From positions 704,001-768,000 of the forward strand of contig CAXXLL010000002.1 in NCBI GenBank assembly GCA_963662545.2: a stretch of DNA of 64,000 nucleotides, given 5' to 3'. The position numbers and the translations under genes were made by a program. Shown here in pieces: positions 33,108 to 42,093 of the stretch; the stretch's first letter is position 1; each line of letters begins with the position of its first letter. The notes under the pieces are model-generated. The model had not been told where the DNA came from. It did no database searches and was given only the letters and a program-made list of their open reading frames with translations. Origin of the DNA: Gammaproteobacteria bacterium (GTDB lineage Bacteria; Pseudomonadota; Gammaproteobacteria; Ga0077536).

Positions 33108-33250
33108 ATGTAGCCTTAGGGTCGTGAGCCGCCTGATCGCGGCGGTGCAGCACTGTTGTAGATTACGTCTGGAATAACCTCGGAAGCGGTCGTCCATTAG
33201 CGTTTGGCGACGTGAGCGTGACGAGCGGCGGCTCTCGACCAATATCGAAC
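33108..33250 (+). repeat. Multi-hairpin repeat copy R11
   Basis: gggtcgtgagccgcctgatcgcggcggtgcagcactgttgtagattacgtctggaataacctcggaagcggtcgtc. Confidence 0.9.
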
Positions 33251-33332
33251 TCGATCATGCTCGCTGCCAATTTTTACTCTGGCCCCATTTATTTATCGAG
33301 TTGAACCGGCTCCGCCTTACACAGCGTCGCTC

Positions 33333-33710
33333 TTACAATGGATCTTTCTGCTTCACAAACGTCTGCTTGCGTACGATTTTATCGCCCTCGAAGTAAAGCA
33401 AATCAAGTCCTTTCAACACCACTGGTGCGCCGTCCTTTTCCATATGCAGATCCCAACCGCTCATGATCTTGCCGGCGTCAGCGTCAATAAAGGTGTCGTC
33501 TTCTATGAATTCCATTTTGCCGAACTTGCCGTCGAATTGGGGAGCAAAGGCCTCGCGAACTGCGTCCTTGCCATCGTTAATCTTGCCATGCAGCTCTTCA
33601 TAAACGGCGTCATTGGAGAAAAATGACATGACGTCATCGAGATCGTTACGATTAAATGCGTCGAGGAATTTCAGTGTGATTGCGTAAAGTTCGCTGTGTC
33701 GTTCTGACAT
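33333..33710 (-). CDS. SnoaL/NTF2-like protein
   Basis: FLDAFNRNDLDDVMSFFSNDAVY..GLDLLYFEGDKIVRK; AGGAGG RBS. Confidence 0.85.
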   Translation of the reverse strand: MSERHSELYAITLKFLDAFNRNDLDDVMSFFSNDAVYEELHGKINDGKDAVREAFAPQFDGKFGKMEFIEDDTFIDADAGKIMSGWDLHMEKDGAPVVLKGLDLLYFEGDKIVRKQTFVKQKDPL

Positions 33711-33830
33711 GGTGATTCCTCCTTTGTGCGTTGAAATGGATTGTACAACCTTCTTCGCGGGCGCTCTGGGAGACTCTCGGATCCCTCACCCAGTAAGTTG
33801 AATAAATTTATATGGGTGGCTGCAAAGGGT

Positions 33831-33990
33831 CTATTGTGTTGAAAAAGTCCGATTCGCCGTCGGTCGCGACGTGCGCAGAAAAACCGACCGCTCAGGATCG
33901 CCTATAAGCGACGATCGGCACTCCGGTAATGGTTTGACGACCCCCAAATATATCGAAATCGTATGCCGTACGACTTTTTCAACAGAATAG
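33831..33990. mobile_element. MITE inserted in a hairpin unit
   Basis: IRs ctattgtgttgaaaaagtc / gactttttcaacagaatag (18 of 19 match). Confidence 0.8.
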
Positions 33991-34039
33991 GCCAGCTGCG
34001 GACGTTCACGCCACCAACACCCTCGGATATGCTGCCCGT

Positions 34040-34172
34040 TGGAATTGCCCCGCCTGGCCGGCGTCACCAACGCACGGTATTTGCTGTTCGGCGCGAAAAC
34101 CCCATGGAAGCGTGTCAGGTCGACCCGCAGTTTCGGCACCAGGGCCGCCAGCCGGGCGATGAAGTCCAGTGG
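34040..34172 (-). pseudogene. IS91/ISCR transposase remnant
   Basis: PLDFIARLAALVPKLRVDLTRFHGVFAPNSKYRALVTPA. Confidence 0.85.
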
Positions 34173-34187
34173 GCTTTTCTAGTTCGA

Positions 34188-35552
34188 TCAACGCCCGCTT
34201 GTAAGATTCGAAACATCGAAGGTCCGGCGGACCTTCGATGCACTCATCGTCGGATGTGATGTGGGCAGCCCAATTCCCACCGACCCACGGTCGTTCTTGT
34301 GGTCGATAGAAATTGACGCGCGCCGGATCACGACGCTCTTCTCTTCCGCGGCCGACCTGCCCCGCATATCTTGTGGTGCCTTGACGACGGTATATAGCGA
34401 TTTCCACAGATTGCCGCCCTTTTCGAATATCGATGCGAACGTAGCCTCGAAGTTTTCCATATCGATGAACATGATGCGGCTAGCGTAGGGGTGGTCCTCC
34501 CACACCGGGGTCAACTCGACCACATAGCACGGCCGTACCTGCCAGCGGTCGTTCGGGATGCGGCTGCTGGGACCATAAAATCTGGCGCTTTCGTGTTTCG
34601 AATTCGCGACGAATAATATCGACTTTTGCCCGATGTAGGTCCATTTGAAATCGAACACGCGCCCTGAAAAGACGGCGAAGTCGTCGAGCGTAAAATCGGT
34701 GCCCATGAACGAATCCGCGCGTTCCTTTGCGGACAGTCGCCGCACGCGCCGCTGCGTCGGAAGATAGGAATTCACCTGGTCGTCTTCGTTAGCGAAGGCG
34801 CGCTCGACCACGAACTTAGTACCCTTGACATCGAACGGTTCGACGAACTCGAAGAAATCCTTCCATAGTAGCCGCTTAGCGTCATCCAGATTGAACCGGT
34901 ATTGTTGATCCGGAAGCATCGCAATATGGCTGAGATACGCCCGCTGGTAGGACATCATCATGAAGCGATCGACTGTGCCACCGCCTTCGAGCCCTGGGGT
35001 CAGTACGGCACTCTCGCCGCCGGCCGTCGGGCGCACCAAGTTGATCTTAATCCCAGCCGTTTTGTAACCGTAGTACTGCCAGCGCTGGATGTGATTCCAC
35101 GCAACCATCTGGCCTGCATCATCGGGTGAGGCTGCGGCAATCCGGGCGTGCGAGAATGGCAAGCCGGCAGCGTAATTTTCGAGTGCGCCGTCGACCCCTA
35201 GGCTGGCGCGATCGCCTCCGTTTACAGTCGCTTCTTGGTACGTCGCCGGTGCTCCGAAGTGGTAGGGCGCTTCGATTTCAACGGCGACTTCGGGAAACTG
35301 TAGGTCGTCGAAAAAACCAGGGACGACGAAGGGTCTTAGTAGTTCGAGATCCTCGACCCCGACGATCGTTCCCGCAATTGGGCCATCGTGTGCGTAGCGA
35401 TATTCTTCCAACCACGCGAGTACGCCATCTCGGGTTGGTGCGGCCAGGGTCGTTTGCATCATGATCATCGCGATAGCAACTATCAGCAGCCGCGACCATG
35501 AGGCTGCTGATATCAACAGATGATATCGGATGACGTCTTCTTTAAAATGCAA
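34188..35552 (-). CDS. DUF1329 family exported protein (paralog of 26466-27797)
   Basis: YAAGLPF, YLPTQRRVRRLS, WQVRPCYVVE, C-terminal FDVSNLTSGR. Confidence 0.8.
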   Translation of the reverse strand: MHFKEDVIRYHLLISAASWSRLLIVAIAMIMMQTTLAAPTRDGVLAWLEEYRYAHDGPIAGTIVGVEDLELLRPFVVPGFFDDLQFPEVAVEIEAPYHFGAPATYQEATVNGGDRASLGVDGALENYAAGLPFSHARIAAASPDDAGQMVAWNHIQRWQYYGYKTAGIKINLVRPTAGGESAVLTPGLEGGGTVDRFMMMSYQRAYLSHIAMLPDQQYRFNLDDAKRLLWKDFFEFVEPFDVKGTKFVVERAFANEDDQVNSYLPTQRRVRRLSAKERADSFMGTDFTLDDFAVFSGRVFDFKWTYIGQKSILFVANSKHESARFYGPSSRIPNDRWQVRPCYVVELTPVWEDHPYASRIMFIDMENFEATFASIFEKGGNLWKSLYTVVKAPQDMRGRSAAEEKSVVIRRASISIDHKNDRGSVGIGLPTSHPTMSASKVRRTFDVSNLTSGR

Positions 35553-35891
35553 TGAGTTTGCCGGCGCATTGTCTTAGACAAGTGATCGTGTTCGATAACC
35601 GATTTTGACACTACCATAAACCTACGCAGCACCAAAACCATCTATCGGTGACATCCGAGTTTCACCAAGAATAGCAAAAACAAACGCTGTTTATCCCGAT
35701 TTTCAACAATGAATCGAGTCGCTACCCAGTGTAACCGACCGTTCGCTCTACTGAGCTGGATATTTGACGGTCGCCGCTTGTGGAAAGGCCGCAGTAACAC
35801 GCGGGTTATCGTTGCGCCAGGAACCTGTTGCAATCCGGAACGAGACGACTATAGATCGCCCGTTAACGGACGTACACCACCGCGAAAGCCA

Positions 35892-35985
35892 ATGAGCACA
35901 AACGGTCGTCAGCGGTCTCCACGTGGCAGTGCAGCACTTTCAAAGATTATGTCTGGAATGCCCTTGAAAGCGGCCATCCTGCTTC
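35892..35985 (+). repeat. Multi-hairpin repeat copy R12
   Basis: ggtcgtcagcggtctccacgtggcagtgcagcactttcaaagattatgtctggaatgcccttgaaagcggcc. Confidence 0.88.
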
Positions 35986-36116
35986 TGTAGACATTATTGC
36001 TTGGGCGACTTTGATCTTGAGCAGGAGCGAACGTTCACTGTCTTAGCCTCAACCGCTATGCTACCGACTCGTTATAGAAGCGAGGTTTGAATCATGAATA
36101 GCAGAGGAACGCACAC

Positions 36117-36674
36117 ATGAACGACAAATTTCTCGGTGATCGCAGAAGAGCATTGGAGGAATCATTCTTCGCCAAGGAAAACGAAAAACTCCGCAAGGCG
36201 CTACAAGAAAAAGAGGAAGCGAAGAACAAGAAGGAGGCCCTTTCGGCCGCGTCTGGCATAACGGATGACACGGTGCTCGAACACCTTGTCGTGCTCAACA
36301 TCGGCAGTGATACATTGGCAGCGCTAGCCCTTGTCCCACTAGTAGAAGTCGCCTGGGCGGACGGCACTATGGACGATAGCGAACGCAGCGCCATTCTGTC
36401 CGCCGCCGAAGATGCAGGCCTCAGCGGTGAAAGCGCGGTCCTGCTGGACGGATGGCTGGCCACACGACCGAGCTATAAAGTGCTTTCAGCTTGGAAAGAC
36501 TATGTCTCGGCGCTTGCGAGTACGATGGATGCGGGGGCCAAGGATCAACTCAAGCAAGAGCTACTAGGTCGCGCGCGCACGGTCGCAGAGTCAGCCGGCG
36601 GGTTTCTCGGTATCGGCAAGATATCGAGCGAAGAGGAAGATAAGCTAGAAGAGTTAGCAGGTGCGTTTTCTTAG
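36117..36674 (+). CDS. Conserved hypothetical protein with a TerB-like segment
   Basis: DRRRALEESFF, VEVAWADG, VAESAGGFLGIGKIS. Confidence 0.7.
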   Translation: MNDKFLGDRRRALEESFFAKENEKLRKALQEKEEAKNKKEALSAASGITDDTVLEHLVVLNIGSDTLAALALVPLVEVAWADGTMDDSERSAILSAAEDAGLSGESAVLLDGWLATRPSYKVLSAWKDYVSALASTMDAGAKDQLKQELLGRARTVAESAGGFLGIGKISSEEEDKLEELAGAFS

Positions 36675-36692
36675 GCTTAAGGCTCTCTGCTT

Positions 36693-36778
36693 GTCTAAAC
36701 GCGAGCAGCACTTTTCGCGCGCTCCCTTCGCTGCCGCTCCGGTCGGTTGCCGTAAAGCGCGGCTGAGCTTCATTAGGC
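36693..36778 (+). other. Degenerate integron attC-like site
   Basis: ..ccttcgctgccgctccggtcggttgc..gcggctgagcttcATTAGGC directly before an ORF; homologous to 40868-40966. Confidence 0.55.
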
Positions 36779-36790
36779 GGCAACGAATTC

Positions 36791-37176
36791 ATGACTGAAT
36801 ACGAATACTTAGATTTAATCGTCACCTCTCGCGATTCGGTCGGCTACCACGCGATGAATTACATAGGTGTAATGTTTGCGTATGTTGTTGCCGCTTATTT
36901 AGTTGGCGTGAACTTTCACGGTTCCAAGCGTTCGCGATCACAATTTTATACGCGATTTTCTCGCCATATCCGTGCATTTCTTCGCACGAATCGTTGAAAA
37001 TAAATCAAACAGCGATCATTGAATATTTCGCGAAATACAAGCCCGAGGAATCCGTCTCCATAGTAGTCTTATACGGTACAGAATTGCTGGTCGTGTTATT
37101 CGTTGGGACGTGGATACTTAGCGTAATCTTTATGATCCAGACTGGAGCGTTTAGCGATAGTAATGATGATGCCTAA
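36791..37176 (+). pseudogene. Frameshifted cassette-like membrane protein
   Basis: Two ORF pieces; the stop lies within GCCTAAC as in integron cassettes. Confidence 0.55.
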
Positions 37177-37219
37177 CACTGCCCCGGCATTTGACTGTTC
37201 TCTTCCTTCGCTGCCGCTG

Positions 37220-37365
37220 ATGTCCGCAATGATCGTCAGCGGCCTCCTCGCCGCAGTGCAGCACTGATTAGCGTTTTGTCTGCAATTCTCTCCATAGCGG
37301 TCGTTAGCGGTCGTTCTGTTGCTTCGAGCTTCGTGCCCCAAGCCCACTTCGGCTTACGGCCGAGG
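37220..37365 (+). repeat. Multi-hairpin repeat copy R13, fused to a half attC (37171-37219)
   Basis: atgtccgcaatgatcgtcagcggcctcctcgccgcagtgcagcactgattagcgttttgtctgcaattctctccatagcggtcg. Confidence 0.9.
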
Positions 37366-37771
37366 GCGTGTGAAAAGAACAGTATTGTTACGCAAATCGG
37401 GGAGTGATCGAAAACGCGCTCAAATTTTTGTGTCACTAAGTGACATTAGTAGTAGCGGCACAGTCGTTCGAGTTTCTGTTTTTCCCAGGGCTCAATGCAA
37501 CCCCGGCATGCAATGAGAATCCTGATGCTTTGGCATCGCGCTCGCAGATTTTTTGGTCGCCATGTGCGGCACCGGGCACAATAAGCGTTGCAGCACATAG
37601 TTTAGTGCGAAAAATTCAAACGAGGAGCGATTATGCCGACACCGACAAAAAGCGGCGTGGCTATTCGGATGGCTGATCACCCGACACGAGAGCCTGCATG
37701 CTGAACGGCAGACATCGTCAGCTGATTCACACCGCCTCGGTTCACACCTGAAGATTAAGGAGGACAAAAAA

Positions 37772-38533
37772 GTGGCAACCAGGAAAAAGCCTACCATCAG
37801 AACGAGTGCCGACCCCAGGCAAGCCTACAGCATGCCCTACATGTCGCCCCTGTATTTCGCGCCGCCCATGGAATACCGCGGCAACTGGTCGCAACACGTG
37901 ACGTTCAGGAGCGACCCCAAGGTCATTTCCAGATGGATCCCGAAGCAGCTGGTTCCCGATCCCGACGGTTTGATGTTTATGTTGACCAGCTATTTTTTTG
38001 CCACGGGGTTCGGTCATTATCGAGAAGCGACGCTGTGTGCACACGCCAGGTTCAAAGAAAAACCCGTGAACTACACGTTGTTTCTCATACTGGACAACGA
38101 TATGGCGATTTGCGGCGGACGGGAAATCTGGGGTTGGCCCAAAAAGATGGGGACCATCGAGGTCGATGAGAACGACGCGGTGGTGCAGGCGCGGGTCGGG
38201 CGCGGCGGTGTTGAATTAGTGCGCGCAAACGTCGTCTTGAACGAACTTGTCGATGCGAGTGCGCTGGGCGGTACCACGAAGTATGTGAACTGGAAATTCA
38301 TCCCATCGGTCAAGAATGGTGCGCCGCCGGACGTCAATCAGCTGACCTTGACCGAGCTCACCAATTTTGTACCCGACAAGGTCTATCGCGGGCCGGCCAC
38401 GATCGAGTTCGGTCGCTCTCCATGCGATCATTATGCGGAGATACCCGTCGTCGAGGTGATCGAAGGGTTTTATTACAGCTCAGACTTCACCCTGGAAGAT
38501 GGTGAAGTCATCCACGACTATTTGAAGTCATGA
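37772..38533 (+). CDS. Acetoacetate decarboxylase family protein
   Basis: YSMP, GREIWGWPKK (Schiff-base Lys), VIHDYL. Confidence 0.9.
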   Translation: MATRKKPTIRTSADPRQAYSMPYMSPLYFAPPMEYRGNWSQHVTFRSDPKVISRWIPKQLVPDPDGLMFMLTSYFFATGFGHYREATLCAHARFKEKPVNYTLFLILDNDMAICGGREIWGWPKKMGTIEVDENDAVVQARVGRGGVELVRANVVLNELVDASALGGTTKYVNWKFIPSVKNGAPPDVNQLTLTELTNFVPDKVYRGPATIEFGRSPCDHYAEIPVVEVIEGFYYSSDFTLEDGEVIHDYLKS

Positions 38534-38622
38534 ATGGGCCGGCCACTTTCCGCATTTCACTCCGCGTAGACGTGAATTCCGCTCGCCTCGTAGGGCGGAA
38601 TTGCTGGAGTATAAGAAAAACA

Positions 38623-40007
38623 GGGTCTACGCGGAAACGTGTGGGTTGATATTGGCATTTCTGGGTAGTGGCGGAAGAAATGCCGCAATGATTTTCAGTT
38701 TGAGGAATTCCTCATCACGATAGCCATAGGCGCGTCGTTGCAGGACCCGGATTTTGTTGTTGACCCCTTCGACCAATCCAAGACTGACTTTATTCTTAGC
38801 ATCACAATAGGAAGCAATGCCATCCCAATGGGATTCAATCAGCTCAGCAAACTTGCGATACGGCGCCAATCGCTGCCATTTCAGACTGTCCTTCCAGCGC
38901 TCGAAAAAGGCACGCGCGCCGCGCTCGGTACGGTAGTCCCAGAGTTGGCCGAAGGTTTCCTTGAGGACGTAGGCGGTGTTCAGACGCCGGTTGGCCTGGA
39001 GCAGTTTTTTCAGGGCTCGTCTGCCATCCAGATTCAGGTTCTCGCGTCGCGAGAGCAAGGTATATCGCTGGCCTTTGATGTAACTCCTGTCCTTGCCGCG
39101 GAGACGTTTGTATTCACGGCGCCGGACTTCATCGAGAGCCTTTGAGAGGTGGCGCATGATATGGAACTTGTCATAGATGATCCGCGCCTGCGGTGCGTTG
39201 TTCATGACCGAGTTACGGAACGGCTTCCACATGTCCATCGCCGCCAGTTCGATGCGAGCGCTCTTGTTCTCGCCCAATGCCTGGAAAAACAGGTCGATGT
39301 CAGCCTCTTTGCGACCTTCACCACCGACCCAGATAGGACGCCCCCGATCCAGGTCACTGACGATGACCCGGTAGTTATGTCCTTTGCGGATGGAGATCTC
39401 ATCAATACCGATGGCCCGGGGTGCTGGCATGCCCGCCAGCTCAACCTGCTTTTGCATGTACAGCTTATCGAGGTCTTTCACCGTGCTGTGGTGCAGGCGT
39501 TCCCTCTCGGCGACAGCCTGGTTCGGCATGTCCCGGCACAGCTTGCCCACCTGCATGGCAAAGCGCTGCGTATAGCGAGGGTTCTTTGCCAGCCAGTCAA
39601 GATGTTCTACCTGCACGCCGCCGCACCTCCGGCAACTGACACGCCAGCGTTCGAACTCCAGGTAGATTCGCCATCCGGCAACTGACAGGTCTCGTACTCG
39701 CAGCACCTTCTTGTCGTAACGCCCGCGGCACCGGTGAGCACAGTGAGAACAGATCGCTGTTTTTTTCGCCTCTTGAGTTGGATCACACGGGCATACCGAT
39801 CACCAAACATGCCCACCAATTTCGATGCGGCGGTAAAACCAGGGAACGCAAACAGCGCTCGGATCGACTTGGGATTCTTCATGGCCTTAGCCTACCCACA
39901 AAATGAAACCACTTTCACCCCATACGAAATCTCTGAATGTCTACATGATTTCAATGGTTTACACTTGGTCTAATTCAGAATTTACCCACATGAATCCGCG
40001 TAGACCC
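38623..40007 (-). mobile_element. ISL3-family IS, copy 2 (transposase 38627-39882)
   Basis: Same IRs as copy 1; target duplication GAAAAACA. Confidence 0.95.
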
Positions 40008-40110
40008 GAAAAACAAGATGTCGGCTCGCGTCGGCTGTGCATCGCGCCGGTCGAGATGCTCGAGAATGCGTTGGATGACGGCGGGATCTTTGATGCGGGC
40101 AATGACTGCG
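40008..40110 (-). pseudogene. IS91/ISCR transposase C-terminal remnant
   Basis: VIARIKDPAVIQRILEHL; oriIS-like gagtataagaaaaaca at 38607 split off by ISL3 copy 2. Confidence 0.65.
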
Positions 40111-40198
40111 GAGCACTGTACCTGTGTGTGTGGCCTCTAGAACTATTTTCACGGTCGGGTTGGGCCGGAAGCAAGCGTTCTAAAACTGGAGCTCCGAG

Positions 40199-40263
40199 GT
40201 CCGCGTGGGGTCGTCAGCGGTCTGATCGCGGCAGTGCAGCACTGCTAAGCGCTATGTCTGCAC
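40199..40263 (+). repeat. Multi-hairpin repeat copy R14 (3' truncated)
   Basis: gtccgcgtggggtcgtcagcggtctgatcgcggcagtgcagcactgctaagcgctatgtctgca. Confidence 0.88.
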
Positions 40264-40348
40264 CGAAATTATGCGTCACAATGACACGATTAATCGCGTC
40301 AATTTGACGACCATTTATCGTTAGGCGGAAGGGGATCACTCCGCGCTA

Positions 40349-40843
40349 TTGCTAGAAGAATGGGCGTTAATCGCAGAAATCGTCGCCGCTTTGGGGGTGA
40401 TTGCTTAGCTCATATATCCTGCGGTTCAAATGCGACTCACGCGCGTGGCTTCCGAAGCGCAGCTTTCGTATTTGTCTGTGGAAGTCTATTAACGTTGGCG
40501 TACGGCCCTGATGGATAATTCAGATCTCCCCCGCGCTATTGCGAAGGGCAATCGGGGAGACGCTCTATGCGACGATGAAGAAATTCAGATTCGCGCACTG
40601 ATGGATGAGCTGTTTATAGTTTCAGCTATTTCGCATAAGAGCACGATCCATTCGGACTCGCTCCACGATCGCTCGTTAGACATTGATTATGTAGTTGGTA
40701 TTCTTGAAAAGAATTCCGGATTAATATCGCAGTGGGCGAGATTTCGAAATTTTGCGGAGCTAATATCGCCAGAATATGGGCAATCCATAGATAGACGCTT
40801 AGATCAGATTGGAAACAATCGAGGGGACGATGGTGCCGCTTGA
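40349..40843 (+). pseudogene. Cassette-like membrane-anchored protein with internal stops
   Basis: LEEWALIAEIVAALGVIA*LIY resembles the N-terminus of 28302-28823; preceded by GTTAGGC at 40320. Confidence 0.55.
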
Positions 40844-40867
40844 GTTCATATTTGAAGTGAAACATCC

Positions 40868-40966
40868 ACTTAACAGAATGTTGCAGCCGACCCCTGACCG
40901 CGAGTTCCCTTCGCTGCCGCTCCGATCGGTTGCATTAATGCGCGGCTGAGCTTAGCTTTGTGTGGC
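40868..40966 (+). other. Degenerate integron attC-like site
   Basis: ACTTAAC-agaatgttgcagccgac...gcgcggctgagc; right core site eroded. Confidence 0.6.
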
Positions 40967-41054
40967 ATAGTAAATCTGTGACGTCGCGTCCGCAATCGAA
41001 AGTAGTAATTCACAGAATGATAACGTCGCGCACTCCATTATTGACGAGGAGTAA

Positions 41055-41336
41055 TTGTTGATGACTAGTCCATTGACGGCAACCGTTTTGGGGTTAGCTC
41101 TAGCCATGACATCTGGTGTGAATGCATACGATCCGATGCCTGATCCGAGGATGTCGCCAAACCCGCCGGTAACCGGATCGACACAAAGCCGAAGCGAAAA
41201 TCCGGATGCTGACAGCGGCGAACACGATTCGCGTTTAAATGATCGTACCCGTCGTCATGGAGAGCCTGAATTCGGGTCAAGCGCCAGCCGTAGAAATGGG
41301 TACAATTATGGAAGCGGTGCCCGCAGCGGCAACTAG
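41055..41336 (+). CDS. Small secreted hypothetical protein
   Basis: GAGGAG RBS; signal peptide; low complexity. Confidence 0.45.
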   Translation: MLMTSPLTATVLGLALAMTSGVNAYDPMPDPRMSPNPPVTGSTQSRSENPDADSGEHDSRLNDRTRRHGEPEFGSSASRRNGYNYGSGARSGN

Positions 41337-41622
41337 CAACGAATTGTGTGACTCTCGCTGAAATAAACACGCATATATTCAAATCTGAAGTGCAACATCC
41401 GCCTGGCAATATATCGTAGCCGGCACTTGATCGCGCCCTTCCTTCGGTGCCACTGATGACTGCTGTGGGTCATCCGCGGAAGTCAAAGGCGAACGTTCCT
41501 CGCATCACAGGCGATCCGTCTGGAGCGACCGCTTTGGCTCTCATAGCAGTCTTTCGCCGAGTCGGAAAAGTTGGAAGCGACCAGGGCTCTCCCCGAACCG
41601 CTTTCACAGACGCGACAGCGTT

Positions 41623-41935
41623 TTAGACTTCTGTCTGCTCAGCCATCTCAAGCGCGTCATCGACCTCGACCCGGATCTCCCTCTGCTCCGCAAGACGCCA
41701 GAATACTTTTCCCAATTCCCGGCGTATTTGACCAAATATCGCTTTCTTCCGGTACTTCGGAATGAACACGACGTGATACTTACACTTCCATCGGCTGTGC
41801 CTTAAACTCCCATCTAGTCTCATGATTGACTCCCTTTCGTGATGCTCTGGCGGCTCACGTCAGGGAGTCCGTCATGGGACTCCCGGAATTGTCAAACTTT
41901 TGCGGTCTCCCCAGCAGAGCTGGGGGGTTTACCAA
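41623..41935 (-). mobile_element. IS200/IS605 tnpA remnant with terminal hairpin
   Basis: HSRWKCKYHVVFIPKYRKK; ccccagcagagctgggg hairpin near 41910. Confidence 0.85.
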
Positions 41936-42093
41936 TCTGGGCTAAGGCGAAACAAATTATCCGACCATCACTTCCTTCGGAAAACGTGCACCGTAGGACA
42001 CCAAAGTATTTGGTAATGATCGGTTACTTATGACCCCCTTAGTAACTTGTCAGTACCTTACCGACCGCGACACCCAATCCAAGGGATCTTCAC

